A DNA stretch of 64,000 bases from Comamonadaceae bacterium (GTDB taxonomy: Bacteria > Pseudomonadota > Gammaproteobacteria > Burkholderiales > Burkholderiaceae_C). A program made the position numbers and the translations under genes. Positions within the stretch are counted from its first letter, which is position 1. The number at the start of each line of letters is the position of its first letter. The notes beneath the pieces are model-generated. The model saw only the letters and a program-made list of their open reading frames with translations, had not been told where the DNA came from and ran no database searches. Location: NCBI GenBank assembly GCA_947475685.1, contig CANJNC010000011.1:12361-76360 (forward strand), in the 5' to 3' direction. This document shows positions 39,578 to 50,362 of this stretch, one piece after another.

Positions 39578-40669
39578 GTGTCTAGATTTTGGATCATCGA
39601 TGTATTGAAGTTATTGGGTGCCCAATGCATCTTGCTCCATCATGTGTCAATTTATGGCCCGATTGCGCAAGAGATCGGCATTGATTACCCCATTTTCTTG
39701 GATGAGTTCTCTGATCTGACTCGCTTGGCTGTTCAGATATTTTTGGTGACCTCGGGCTACTTGGTGGCCAAGTCCATCAGCACAATGAGAGAGGTTCACT
39801 TTGGCGTTTTGTTGCTCAAACGGTTTTCACGTTTGGCACCGTTTTACTTCCTGAGCTTGTGCATGTGTGTGATTGCTGGCGTTTTATTGCACGAGTATTT
39901 ATGGGGTTCATGGGTGCCGGAGGTGCCCACTTGGGGCGGCTTTATCGCGCACGCGCTGTTTTTGCAAGGCTTGCTGGGTGTGCCCTCTATCTCATCAGGT
40001 GTGTGGTATGTGGCCATTGATTTTCAGTTGTTTGCATTGACCATTTTCATGGCCTATTTCTTTTCTTCAAGAGAAAAAATCCGCGTTGACAATGCCAAGC
40101 TCAAACTGAGTTTGGCCCTTTTGGCGTTGCTCTCCTTGTGGGTCTTTAATCGCTTTGAGTCCTTGGACAATTGGGCGATTTACTTTATGGGTTCCTACGT
40201 TTTGGGCATGCTTGCAAATTGGGCGCATGAAGCCGTCATCAATAAAAAACTTTTCTTCTTGGTTTGGATCTTGGGTTGGCTCTCCGTGTTTTATGAGCCA
40301 CGCATTCGCATTGTTTTTGCCTTGTGTCTGTCCATGGGACTGTTTCTCTGGGCGCAAGACAGGGGTGAGTTTTTATCCCAACGTTTCAAATCCGTCTTGT
40401 CCATGTTGGGCGACTCGGCCTACGCCGTCTTTTTAAACCACTTTGTCTTGATTTTGGTGTGGAGTTCAGTCTGGGATTACTTTGAAATGGAAGGTCTCAA
40501 GAGCGCAATTGCCATGGTCCTTTTTTATTGGGTCACATGCGTGGCTTGGGGGCTGTTTTTGCATCTCAAAATTGAATCCTACATCTCAACGCTTCAATGG
40601 ACGCCATTGGTCAACCTGTTTCTTCGATTGCGCTCTCAAAACGCAACGGAGCTGTACAAAGCCATTTGA
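39578..40669 (+). CDS. Membrane acyltransferase (Acyltransferase-3/OafA family)
   Basis: IDVLK…ILLHH, AVQIFLVTSGY, KRFSRLAPFY, GVWYVAIDFQL; about 10 TM. Confidence 0.88.
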   Translation: MSRFWIIDVLKLLGAQCILLHHVSIYGPIAQEIGIDYPIFLDEFSDLTRLAVQIFLVTSGYLVAKSISTMREVHFGVLLLKRFSRLAPFYFLSLCMCVIAGVLLHEYLWGSWVPEVPTWGGFIAHALFLQGLLGVPSISSGVWYVAIDFQLFALTIFMAYFFSSREKIRVDNAKLKLSLALLALLSLWVFNRFESLDNWAIYFMGSYVLGMLANWAHEAVINKKLFFLVWILGWLSVFYEPRIRIVFALCLSMGLFLWAQDRGEFLSQRFKSVLSMLGDSAYAVFLNHFVLILVWSSVWDYFEMEGLKSAIAMVLFYWVTCVAWGLFLHLKIESYISTLQWTPLVNLFLRLRSQNATELYKAI

Positions 40670-40944
40670 TGCAAGCCCTGGGCTTTTGGATTTCATTTTT
40701 GTAGGAATGAAAACCCTCTTTGTCAATGCCACTAGGTGCTAGCAGCTTTAGACGACTGACAAAACTTGGGTAATTCCTTATAAGACTGCTCACATATATA
40801 GAGACTTAAGTCATAAGTAGCGTTTATACTGCGCAAGGGGTGAAGACGTGTGGTCATTTGTTCTCAATTCATCGGTTTGAGAGTCTTAGACGATTCATCA
40901 AGTCAGTCATGTTCAAGTTAATTCGAGTTGGGGTGCGCTTTTCA

Positions 40945-42240
40945 ATGAAGATCAAAACAGTTCTCATAGGCTTGGTGACCTTAGGGGTCCTTGGTGGCTT
41001 GGTTTATTATCGTTTGAACCCCAAGGAGGACGAGACTGCCAAAGGCCCCAATGAACCCGCTGTCACGCTTCAAACCGTTGTGCCCAAAGACGTGGCCGTT
41101 AACTTAAATCTCAATGGAACGGTCACCTCGATCAGAACGGTGGATGTCAGATCGCAAATCACCAACACCGTCAAAGAGGTGAGGGTTCGGGAGGGTCAAT
41201 TTGTCAATCAAGGCGACGTTCTTTTTGTTTTAGATACCAGGAGCGATAAAGCCAATGTTGAAAAGTTGACCGCTCAATTGTTGCGTGACAAAGCGTTGGC
41301 CGCAGACCAAGATCGTCAATATGCCAGAGCACAAGAGTTAAGGCTCAAGAACTTTGTCTCTCAAGGCTCGGTCGACACCAACATGAGTCAGCGCGATGCG
41401 CAAGTGGCCTTGGTCGCGTCCGATGAAGCAGCGCTTGAAGCGGCCAAAGTGGCGCTGGATTTCAACACCATCCGAGCCCCTATTTCTGGGCGTACTGGGG
41501 TGATCAATATTTTCCCTGGCACTTTGGTGCTTCCCCAAACAGTCAGCCTGCTTACGATCACACAGCTTGACCCCATCAGTGTCCAGTTCTCTGTGCCCGA
41601 GACCCAGTTGGTCAAGTTACAAGCTGCATTGAAATCGTCCTCCTTGTCTCAAGGCGCCAGCAACGTAGAGGTCAAAGTACCCAATACCAACAAAAGCGTT
41701 TCCGGACATCTGTATTTTGTAGACAATTTGGTCGACCCAAGCTCTGGCACCATCAAAGCCAAAGCCAGGTTTGAAAATAAAAACAGCGATTTGTGGCCTG
41801 GACAATTTGTGCAAACCAGGATCAGTTTGGGCGTGATCAAGGATGCCTTGTCCATTCCCTCCAAGTCCATTGTCAACAGCCCAAATGGCAAGTTTGTCTA
41901 TGTTGTGGGTGAAGACCGCATTGCAAAACAAAAGCCGATCAAAGAGCTTTATGTATATGGTGAGTCCATGGCGGTTGAAGGGCTCAGTGAAAACGATGCA
42001 GTGGTTGTAGAGGGCAAACAAAACGTCAGGCCAGATGCCAAGGTCAGAGTCATCACGCCAGGCGCGCCTAAGCCTGGTGGGGCCGATGCCAAGGGTGCTT
42101 CCGATGCCAAAGGCGCTCCCGCCAGTCCCACTGAAGCGCAGTCCAAAGAAAAGACAGCCCCTGGCTCAGTGCAGAGTGCTGAAAAGGAGAAAACGCCCCC
42201 CGGTGCAAAGCCCAGCGAAGTGCCCTCCACGGCGAAATAA
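40945..42240 (+). CDS. RND efflux periplasmic adaptor (MdtA-like)
   Basis: VDVRSQITN…EGQFVNQGDVLF, IRAPISGRTG, VDPSSGTI, LWPGQFV; ATG 40945 preferred; low-complexity C-terminal tail. Confidence 0.92.
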   Translation: MKIKTVLIGLVTLGVLGGLVYYRLNPKEDETAKGPNEPAVTLQTVVPKDVAVNLNLNGTVTSIRTVDVRSQITNTVKEVRVREGQFVNQGDVLFVLDTRSDKANVEKLTAQLLRDKALAADQDRQYARAQELRLKNFVSQGSVDTNMSQRDAQVALVASDEAALEAAKVALDFNTIRAPISGRTGVINIFPGTLVLPQTVSLLTITQLDPISVQFSVPETQLVKLQAALKSSSLSQGASNVEVKVPNTNKSVSGHLYFVDNLVDPSSGTIKAKARFENKNSDLWPGQFVQTRISLGVIKDALSIPSKSIVNSPNGKFVYVVGEDRIAKQKPIKELYVYGESMAVEGLSENDAVVVEGKQNVRPDAKVRVITPGAPKPGGADAKGASDAKGAPASPTEAQSKEKTAPGSVQSAEKEKTPPGAKPSEVPSTAK

Positions 42241-42252
42241 GCCAAGTCCAGT

Positions 42253-45200
42253 ATGAACATTCCACAGCTTTGTATTCAGCGCCCGGTGATGACGGTGCTT
42301 TTGAGCGTGTCTACCGTTCTGGCGGGCATGCTTGCTTACTCGAAGATCCCCATCTCCGCCTTGCCAAGTTACAACACACCCGTGATCAGTGTGGGCGCCA
42401 GTTTCCCGGGCGCCAGCCCCGAGACCATGGCGGCCTCGGTGGCCTTGCCTCTTGAGAAACAATTCTCCACGATTGATGGCATCAACGTGATCAGTTCGAC
42501 CAGCATTTTAGGTTCGACCACCATCACCCTTGAGTTCAATTCAGACAAGAATATTGACCTGGTCGCCGTAGACGTGCAAGCCGCTTTGTTGCGCGCCCAA
42601 AGAAGTTTGCCCATTGAGATGACCACGCCTCCAAGCTACAGGAAGGTCAATCCAGCGGATGCGCCGGTCCTCTTTGTCGCCTTGACCTCTCCTTCATTGA
42701 GCTTTTCCGAGCTCAACGATTATGCGGAAAACTTGATTGCGCCCACCATCTCCACCATCAATGGCGTGGCGTTGGTCAATGTCTATGGGCAAAAGCGATT
42801 TGCCGTTCGAGTCAAGGCCAATCCCCAGTCTCTTGCCAGTTATGGACTCACCATGGATGATGTGTTGACCGCTGTCAATTCGGCCAACTCCAATACCCCG
42901 GTCGGTATTTTGGACGGCCCCAAGCAACTCTTGACCATCACCTCCAACAAGCAATTGACCAAGTCCAGTGAGTTTGCCAATTTGGTCATCAGTACACGCG
43001 CCAACGGCGTGGTCAGACTCAGGGATGTGGCAAGTGTTCAAGACAGTTATGAGTCGGTTCGAACGCAGGCCAGTTACATGGGCAAAACCTCCATCATTTT
43101 GGCCATTCAGCGGCAGCCCAAAGCCAATACGGTTGAAGTGATTGACAACGTTCAAAAGCTTTTACCAGGCTTAAAAGCACAAATGCCGTCCTCGGTGGAT
43201 ATCTTGCCCTTGAACGACAGATCTATTTCAATTCGAGAGGCCATTCACGACGTGAAGTTGTCTTTGGCCTTGACGGTGGTTTTGGTGATTTTGGTGATTT
43301 TGATGTTCATCAGGCGCGCTGTGGCCACCATCATCCCAACGCTCAGTTTGCCAGTCTCCTTGATCGGAGCCATTGGTTTACTGTATGCACTTGGCTATAG
43401 CTTGGACAATATTTCACTCTTGGGCATTACCTTGGCCGTGGGTTTGGTGGTGGACGATGCGATTGTGATGCTTGAGAACATTGTGCGCCACATTGAGGAC
43501 GGCATGTCGCCCATGGAGGCCTCACTCAGAGGCGGCAAGGAGATGGCCTTTACCATCATCTCTATCTCGGTCTCCTTGGTGGCTGTGTTCATTCCCATTT
43601 TCTTCATGCCCGGTGTGATTGGACTGCTCTTTCACGAGTTCGCCGTGGTCGTGGGCTTGTCGGTTTTGGTTTCGGCTGTCGTGTCTTTGACTTTGGTGCC
43701 CATGTTGTGCAGTCGTTTCTTGCCTGCGCATCACTCGGCTCACGGCGCTCACGAACAAGAGAACGCGTTTGGGCGTTGGTTTGAAAATGCTTTTAAGTCC
43801 TTGCTCAATGCCTACACCAGCAGCCTGGACGTGGCTTTGCATCACCGCAGATGGGTGCTGTTTGTGGCTTTCATCACCTTTGTGTTGACTGCATGGCTCT
43901 TTGCCATCAGTCCCAAGGGTTTCTTTCCCGAAGAGGACATTGGTCAAATTCAAGTGACCACTGAAGCATCTGAAGATATTTCATTCACGGAGATGGTCCG
44001 TATTCAAAATTTGATCGCTTTGCGCTTGCAAGAAGACCCCAATGTGGCTTACGTGTCCACCTTTGTGGGTTCAGGCTCATTTTCTTCCTCCCCCCTTAAT
44101 TCGGGACGCATGTTCATCTCGCTCAAGCCTTTGAGTCAGAGACCTAAAATCCAAGAAGTGATTGAAGGGCTTAGAAAAAGAGCGCGTTATCCTGGATTTG
44201 CCGTTTACATGCGACCGGTTCAAAACTTGCAGCTCGGTGGCAAGGTCAGTAAGTCCAGATACCAATACGTCCTTCAAAGTGTGAGTGCGGATTCTTTGAA
44301 CGAGTGGTCCAACAAGCTTCAACAAAAGATGCGTGGGGACCCCACTTTTAGAGATGTCACGAGTGACTCGCAACTCAGAGGTCTTCAAGCCAATGTGATC
44401 TTTGACCGGGACAAGGCCGGACAACTCGGTGTGCAAACCCAAGACATCCGCTCTGCCTTGTACAGTGCCTTTGGAGACCGTCAGATATCGACCATCTTCA
44501 CCCCAGTCAGCAGTTACTTGGTGATCATGGAGGCGCCAGAGGACTTTAGGAAGTTTGAAGATCAAATTGGTAATATTTTTGTGAGATCGAAGTTGACTCA
44601 GCAAGTCATTCCATTGTCCAGCTTGGTCACGGTCAGCAGAGGTGTTGGCCCCACCGCGGTCAATCACCAAGGTCAATTACAAGCGGTCACGATTTCCTTT
44701 AATTTGGCGCCCGATGTCCCACTTGGGGATGCCACGAAAAAGATCTCCGAGTTCACACAAGACATTCAGATGCCGGCTTCCATCATGACCAAGTACGGTG
44801 GCGATGCGGCCGTGTTCCAAGACACCCAGTCCAGTCAGGTGGTCTTGCTCGTGGCGGCGGTTTTGGTGATCTATGTGCTCTTGGGGGTTTTGTATGAAAG
44901 TTATATCCATCCCTTGACGATTTTGGCGGGCTTGCCCTCTGCGGCTGTGGGGGCCTTGCTCTTTCTTTGGTATTTTAAAATTGACCTGACCTTGATTGCG
45001 ACGATTGGTATTTTGATGCTCATAGGGATCGTCAAGAAAAACGCCATCATGATGATTGACTTTGCATTGGATGCGCAAAGAAACAGGGGCTTGGAGCCTG
45101 AGCTTGCCATTCGCCAAGCTTGTAAGCTGCGTTTCAGACCGATTTTGATGACCACCTTTGCCGCACTCATGGGCGCTTTGCCCATCTCATTGGGACTGGG

Positions 45201-45360
45201 TGCCGGGGCTGAGTTGCGTGCCCCACTGGGCATTGCCGTGGTGGGAGGCTTGTTGTTCTCTCAGGTCATTACCTTGTACATCACGCCTGTGATTTATTTG
45301 TACCTTGACAAGTGGGCTGGCAAAGGCCCCTTGGTGATTCAAGAAGACTTGGAAATTTAA
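42253..45360 (+). CDS. RND efflux permease (MdtB/C-like)
   Basis: 1035 aa; proton relay VVDDAIV, KKNAI, RFRPILMT intact. Confidence 0.95.
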   Translation: MNIPQLCIQRPVMTVLLSVSTVLAGMLAYSKIPISALPSYNTPVISVGASFPGASPETMAASVALPLEKQFSTIDGINVISSTSILGSTTITLEFNSDKNIDLVAVDVQAALLRAQRSLPIEMTTPPSYRKVNPADAPVLFVALTSPSLSFSELNDYAENLIAPTISTINGVALVNVYGQKRFAVRVKANPQSLASYGLTMDDVLTAVNSANSNTPVGILDGPKQLLTITSNKQLTKSSEFANLVISTRANGVVRLRDVASVQDSYESVRTQASYMGKTSIILAIQRQPKANTVEVIDNVQKLLPGLKAQMPSSVDILPLNDRSISIREAIHDVKLSLALTVVLVILVILMFIRRAVATIIPTLSLPVSLIGAIGLLYALGYSLDNISLLGITLAVGLVVDDAIVMLENIVRHIEDGMSPMEASLRGGKEMAFTIISISVSLVAVFIPIFFMPGVIGLLFHEFAVVVGLSVLVSAVVSLTLVPMLCSRFLPAHHSAHGAHEQENAFGRWFENAFKSLLNAYTSSLDVALHHRRWVLFVAFITFVLTAWLFAISPKGFFPEEDIGQIQVTTEASEDISFTEMVRIQNLIALRLQEDPNVAYVSTFVGSGSFSSSPLNSGRMFISLKPLSQRPKIQEVIEGLRKRARYPGFAVYMRPVQNLQLGGKVSKSRYQYVLQSVSADSLNEWSNKLQQKMRGDPTFRDVTSDSQLRGLQANVIFDRDKAGQLGVQTQDIRSALYSAFGDRQISTIFTPVSSYLVIMEAPEDFRKFEDQIGNIFVRSKLTQQVIPLSSLVTVSRGVGPTAVNHQGQLQAVTISFNLAPDVPLGDATKKISEFTQDIQMPASIMTKYGGDAAVFQDTQSSQVVLLVAAVLVIYVLLGVLYESYIHPLTILAGLPSAAVGALLFLWYFKIDLTLIATIGILMLIGIVKKNAIMMIDFALDAQRNRGLEPELAIRQACKLRFRPILMTTFAALMGALPISLGLGAGAELRAPLGIAVVGGLLFSQVITLYITPVIYLYLDKWAGKGPLVIQEDLEI

Positions 45361-45609
45361 AGCGTCTTGATCGATTGAAAAACCCTTTTTTTTTATGGTT
45401 TTTGCCGCACCAAGGGGGGTTCCAAATTGCTGTGACAGGGGATTGCTGTTTTCAACGAAACATCCTCTGCTCTCGAAGGAGAGGGGCTGATTTCTTACAA
45501 ATTGTGCGCGCGAATCGAGTAGACCTAGATAGAGGCATGGGTTAACCCTAGGGAGGCCAAATCATAAGAGTGATAAGCTTCAAAAAGATTTTTTTTACAG
45601 TGGAAAACC

Positions 45610-46068
45610 ATGAAAATAACCGTCAATGAAAAAGCCCGAGAACTCGATGTTGAGCCAGACATGCCCCTATTGTGGGCGTTAAGAGATGAGCTAGATATCA
45701 AGGGGCCCAAATACGGCTGTGGCATTGCGCAGTGCGGGGCCTGTACTGTTTTACTCAATGGAGAGCCCGTTCGCTCATGCGCCTATCCGGTCTCTTCTGC
45801 GGTGGGCCAACAAGTGGTGACCTTGGAGGGCTTGGAGAAGAAGGGCAAGTTGCATCCCGTTCAGCAAGCATGGATTGATCATGAAGTGCCCCAGTGTGGC
45901 TACTGCCAGGGGGGGCAAATTTTGGCGGCGGTGGCGTTGTTGAAGAAAAAACCCAAACCAAGCGACGAGGACATCGATGCTGCGATGACCAATATTTGCC
46001 GTTGTGGTACCTACGCCAGAATCCGTTCAGCCATTCACGCTGTAGCAGCCAAGGGAGTTAAAGCATGA
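45610..46068 (+). CDS. 2x[2Fe-2S] small subunit, IorA/CoxS family (locus 1)
   Basis: [14 protein letters not shown]…C, QCGYCQ…NICRC. Confidence 0.95.
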   Translation: MKITVNEKARELDVEPDMPLLWALRDELDIKGPKYGCGIAQCGACTVLLNGEPVRSCAYPVSSAVGQQVVTLEGLEKKGKLHPVQQAWIDHEVPQCGYCQGGQILAAVALLKKKPKPSDEDIDAAMTNICRCGTYARIRSAIHAVAAKGVKA

Positions 46069-48299
46069 GTGAGCATCAAATCAATTCTTCCTCTGAAGTC
46101 TCGACTGCCCAAGACGGTGCTTCGCGTCGAGATTTTCTAAAAATTGGTGCCTCTGTGAGCGCAAGCGCTGGTGCCTTTAGCATGGCGTTTTTTGTGCCCG
46201 AGCGCGCAAGCGCTGCAGACCCCAAGGGCATGACCCCTGCGAACAACGACCCACAAAAGATCAACGCCTGGATTGAAATCCGTCCTGATGAGACGGTGAT
46301 CATTCGCTACGCCCGCTCAGAGATGGGGCAAGGCTCACGCACCTCTGCACCCATGCTGATCGCTGAAGAGTTGGAAGTGGATTGGAAGAGGGTCAAAGTT
46401 GAATATGCCTTGGCGCATGACAATTTGAAACAAAAGCGCGTCTACGGAGACATGGCATCGGTTGGCAGTCGCACGATTCGACTCTCGCAAGAGTACTTGA
46501 GAAAAGCCGGCGCGACTGCACGTGAGATGCTGATCGTGGCGGGTTCTCAGGCCATGAATGTGCCGTCCTCTGAATGCATTGCCAAGTTGGGCATGGTGAT
46601 TCACCCAGGCAGCAAGAAAAGCATCAGCTACGGCAAGGTGGCCTTGAAAGCGGCCGAATTGACGCCCCCAGCCACTGTCGTCTTGAAGGACCCCAAAGAT
46701 TGGACTTTGGCGGGTAAATCCATCAAGCGGGTAGACATTCCTGACATCGTCACTGGAAGAATTCGTTATGGCGTGGACACACAACTGCCTGGAATGCTTC
46801 ACGCAGCGATTGCTCAAAGCCCCGTCTTCAATGGCAAAGTCAAGTCCATGGACGGCTCCAAGGTGCAAAACCGAAGAGGCATTGTCAAGGTCTTGAACAT
46901 GGGTAACTTTGTCGCTGTGGTGGCAGACAACTTTTGGCGTGCAAAAGAGGCGCTCAAAGAGGTCAACATTGAGTGGGATGTGGCCCCTGAGCACACCAAG
47001 CTGAACAATGCCTCTTTGCATGCCTTCTTCAAAGAGGGCTTGAGCCAGACTGAATTGGCTGTGGCCAGAAACGATGGCGATACCCCCAAAGCATTGGCTG
47101 CAGGCAAGGTCATCGAAGCCGAGTACTTCACGCCTTTCTTGGCCCACTCGACCATGGAGCCCATGGTGTGTACCGCATGGCTTCAAGGCGAGATCCTAGA
47201 GATTTGGCCGTCCACGCAAAATGCCGAGAATTCTTTGGCCGCTGCTTCAACTGCCTCGGGTGTCAAGCAAGAGAACGTGAGGGTCTATCCCACGCAGCTT
47301 GGTGGCGGTTTGGGTCGCAAGAGTCCTCAAGACTTTACCGTCCAAGCCGTTCGCATTGCAAAGGAAATGGCGGGCAAACCCGTCAAACTCCTGTGGACTC
47401 GAGAGGAAGACATGCAGCACGATTTTTATCGTCCCGCATCTTTGGTCAAGTTGTCGGCCACTCAAAAAGCCGATGGCAACATCGATGCCTTGCACATTCG
47501 AGTGAGTGCGCCTTCAATCATTGCGTCCCTTTTGAAGCTGCCCCTGCCTAAAGGAGTGGATCCTCAAGCGGTGGCTGCTTTTGAAGACCACCCTTATGCC
47601 ATCTCCAATTCATTGGTCGATTACGCCCAACGCAACTCCAACATCCCAGTGGGTTTTTGGAGAACGGTTGGGCACTCACAAAACCCCTTTGTGCGTGAGT
47701 CGTTCATCGATGAGTTGGCCCATGCGGCAGGGAAAGATCCATTGGCATATCGCCTGGCCAATTTGCCTGAGAAAAATTTCAGGGACATTGCCATTTTGAA
47801 AGCGGTCACCAAGGCGGCCAACTACTCAGCCCCTTTGCCCAAAGGTGTCTTCAGAGGGATTGCCGAGACCGAGGGATACGGCAGCTGGACGGCCTGCGTG
47901 TGTGAGCTCTCTGTCAATGACCGTCAAGAGGTGAAGATTCACCGCATCGTGATTGGGATTGATCCCGGTTATGCGGTCAATCCCGATAACATTGCAGCTC
48001 AGTTGCAAGGCAGTGTGGTGCACGGTTTGAGTGCGATTTTCTGGGGCGAGATGATCGTCAAAGAAGGCCGCATTGACAATTCCAATTTCCACGATTACCG
48101 TCTCATGCGTTTGAATGAGATGCCCAATGTGGAGACGGTCGTTGCGCCCACTGGGGGATTTTGGGGTGGTGTGGGTGAGCCCGCACAAGCGCCATTGGCG
48201 GGTGCAGTGGCCAACGCCCTCTTTAATGCCACGGGCAAGCGCGTGCGTTCTTTGCCATTTAAAAATCACGGCTTCTCACTAGCCCGAGTAAGAACCTGA
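46065..48299 (+). CDS. Molybdopterin-binding large subunit, IorB/xanthine dehydrogenase family, Tat-exported (locus 1)
   Basis: [35 protein letters not shown]. Confidence 0.94.
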   Translation: MSEHQINSSSEVSTAQDGASRRDFLKIGASVSASAGAFSMAFFVPERASAADPKGMTPANNDPQKINAWIEIRPDETVIIRYARSEMGQGSRTSAPMLIAEELEVDWKRVKVEYALAHDNLKQKRVYGDMASVGSRTIRLSQEYLRKAGATAREMLIVAGSQAMNVPSSECIAKLGMVIHPGSKKSISYGKVALKAAELTPPATVVLKDPKDWTLAGKSIKRVDIPDIVTGRIRYGVDTQLPGMLHAAIAQSPVFNGKVKSMDGSKVQNRRGIVKVLNMGNFVAVVADNFWRAKEALKEVNIEWDVAPEHTKLNNASLHAFFKEGLSQTELAVARNDGDTPKALAAGKVIEAEYFTPFLAHSTMEPMVCTAWLQGEILEIWPSTQNAENSLAAASTASGVKQENVRVYPTQLGGGLGRKSPQDFTVQAVRIAKEMAGKPVKLLWTREEDMQHDFYRPASLVKLSATQKADGNIDALHIRVSAPSIIASLLKLPLPKGVDPQAVAAFEDHPYAISNSLVDYAQRNSNIPVGFWRTVGHSQNPFVRESFIDELAHAAGKDPLAYRLANLPEKNFRDIAILKAVTKAANYSAPLPKGVFRGIAETEGYGSWTACVCELSVNDRQEVKIHRIVIGIDPGYAVNPDNIAAQLQGSVVHGLSAIFWGEMIVKEGRIDNSNFHDYRLMRLNEMPNVETVVAPTGGFWGGVGEPAQAPLAGAVANALFNATGKRVRSLPFKNHGFSLARVRT

Positions 48300-48531
48300 G
48301 CGTTGAATCCCTCTTTGCATGGAAGTGACATTCTTCTGTGTTGAGCATTTTCAACTCATGGACCCCAGATTGTGTGGAGCAGCCTGGGGTTCATGTCTTT
48401 GGGGCTTGAGTCGCGGGAGGAAATCCCTTTGAGACCTTGGTTTATTGCAGGCGTTCAGGCGCCCTGGTTCCCCGAATACTTTAAACTTAAGATGTTTAAT
48501 CAGGTGATGTCAAAATGTTTTTCATGGTTTT

Positions 48532-49026
48532 GTGATGAGTGTATTGTCAACTTCTAAAAGAAAGCTCTTGCTGGGTTTGTCTCTGGGTGGATGGGTCTGG
48601 TCTCAAATCACGCATGCACAAAACATGACCTCAGGGCGTTTGAGGTCCATGGAGGAAATGTTGCGTGGCGTTGAGAGCTACCCCAGAGCGCTTAAAACGC
48701 CCCTAGAGACCAAGGTGAAGTTGTACATCCCCTTGCTTGCAGACAATGGCAACTCGGTACCTGCCAACGTTTTGGTTGACTCTGCCATGACTCAATCTGA
48801 TCACGTCGAGTCTTTGTATCTCTTGTCTCAAAGAAATCCGGTTTTGATCATGGCGCATTTTCACATGGGGCCTTGGTGCGGCCGGGCTGAGGTCAATACG
48901 CGTCTGAGGCTTGCTGGCAGTCAAAAGGTCATGGCCTTGGCGAAAATGTCCAACGGCAATTGGCACTACCACATGGCGGAGGTGATTGCGACCGAGTCGG
49001 CCTGTGTAGACGCTTCTGAGAGCTAA
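48532..49026 (+). CDS. SoxY-paralogous carrier with non-canonical C-terminal arm (…TESACVDASES)
   Basis: ADNGNSVP, SQRNP, VNTRLRLAGSQKVMALAKMSNG fit the SoxY fold; lacks the canonical GGCGG end but keeps a Cys. Confidence 0.85.
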   Translation: MMSVLSTSKRKLLLGLSLGGWVWSQITHAQNMTSGRLRSMEEMLRGVESYPRALKTPLETKVKLYIPLLADNGNSVPANVLVDSAMTQSDHVESLYLLSQRNPVLIMAHFHMGPWCGRAEVNTRLRLAGSQKVMALAKMSNGNWHYHMAEVIATESACVDASES

Positions 49027-49028
49027 GG

Positions 49029-49358
49029 ATGAGTTTGCAAATGAATGCCCGATTGACCTGGCCGCAGAACATCAACAGTGGAGATGTGATCAAGTTGCGC
49101 CTTTTGATTCAGCATCCCATGGAGACGGGTTATTTACAAGACTTCACGGGCCACTACATTCCTAGAAACGTCATTCAGTGGGTCAAGGCCACCTACGATC
49201 AAAGGGAAGTGTTTCATGTCCAAACCTCTTCAGGTATTGCGGCCAATCCATTTTTTGAGTTCTATCTAAAGGCCAGTGTCAGTGGCCTCATTGTGGTCAA
49301 TTGGTTGGACGACTTGGGCAACGAGGGTGAACTCAAGCAACTCCTGCCAGTGAAATGA
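49029..49358 (+). CDS. soxZ: SoxZ-like protein
   Basis: LLIQHPMETG, GIAANPFFEFYL, WLDDLG. Confidence 0.88.
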   Translation: MSLQMNARLTWPQNINSGDVIKLRLLIQHPMETGYLQDFTGHYIPRNVIQWVKATYDQREVFHVQTSSGIAANPFFEFYLKASVSGLIVVNWLDDLGNEGELKQLLPVK

Positions 49359-50320
49359 AAACAGTTCGACTGGCCCTCGCTTTCATCTACGCGTTCTTGG
49401 CCATTGAACTTCTCGCACAGGACCATTACCCTTCTAAATCCATCAAGTTGATTGTGGGTTTCTCTCCAGGGGGCGCTGCCGATGGCGTTGGACGAGCTTT
49501 GGCTGAGAGCTTGACGCAACGCTTGGGGCAACCCGTTGTGGTGGAGAACCGAGCGGGTGCCAATGGCAACATTGCTGCAGAAGCGGTTGCCAAATCCTTG
49601 GGCGATGGTTATACGCTTTATTTCCCCTCCATCGGTCATGCAGTCAATCCGGCTTTGTACAAAGGTTTGAACTTTGACCCTCTCTTAGACTTCACCCCCA
49701 TTGGAGGCGTTTTATCAGCGCCCAATATGCTGGTGGTTCCCAGCAGCTCGGCATTTAAAAATTTGAGTGAACTCATCGCGTACGCCAAAGTCAATCCCTC
49801 TAAATTGACATTTGCTTCAAGTGGAAATGGCACCTCGGTGCATTTATCGGCGGAGTTGTTTGCAAGAATGGCAAACATCTCTCTTTTGCACATCCCCTAC
49901 AAGGGCACGGGAAGCGCGATGCCGGACTTGATTTCAGGTCAGGTGGATATGAGTTTTCCAAATATTCCTAGTGCCTTGGTGCAGGTCAAGGCCGGGAATC
50001 TTCGAGCCTTGGGCGTGACATCGGCTTTGCGTTCAAGTGCGGCGCCTCAAATTCCCACACTCGCTGAGTCGGGTGTTGCTGGGTACGAAATGTCGACTTG
50101 GTACGGACTCTTGGCGCCTGCCAAATTGCCGTCTTTCATTCGAACACGGCTCAACAGCGAGTTGCAGTTGATTTTAAGCAACCCTCAGTTCAAAACCAAA
50201 CTGCAATCCCAAGGCGCAGACCCCATGCCTGGAAGCGCAGAGCAGTTTGAAGGTTTTATCAAGTCTGAGATGGAGCGGTGGAAAAAAATCATCGAACAAG
50301 CCAAAATTTCAATCGACTAG
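49355..50320 (+). CDS. Bug/TctC tripartite tricarboxylate transporter substrate-binding protein
   Basis: IVGFSPGGAADG, VENRAGANGNI, HIPYKGTG; 4-bp overlap with soxZ. Confidence 0.95.
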   Translation: MKTVRLALAFIYAFLAIELLAQDHYPSKSIKLIVGFSPGGAADGVGRALAESLTQRLGQPVVVENRAGANGNIAAEAVAKSLGDGYTLYFPSIGHAVNPALYKGLNFDPLLDFTPIGGVLSAPNMLVVPSSSAFKNLSELIAYAKVNPSKLTFASSGNGTSVHLSAELFARMANISLLHIPYKGTGSAMPDLISGQVDMSFPNIPSALVQVKAGNLRALGVTSALRSSAAPQIPTLAESGVAGYEMSTWYGLLAPAKLPSFIRTRLNSELQLILSNPQFKTKLQSQGADPMPGSAEQFEGFIKSEMERWKKIIEQAKISID

Positions 50321-50362
50321 TTTCATTGCATTGAGCCGCCGCTCAATTGAGCTTATGGGGGT

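Noticed and set aside
48300-48531. Riboswitch (Moco/TPP/cobalamin) before soxY-like, and at 62201-62460 before iorA2
   Set aside because: Hairpins exist (ACCCCAG/CTGGGGT; TGAGTGC/GCACTCA) but the conserved cores of these riboswitch classes were not found by eye.
48532-49358. Canonical Sox thiosulfate oxidation system
   Set aside because: SoxY lacks the GGCGG arm and soxAX, soxB and soxCD are not in the window.
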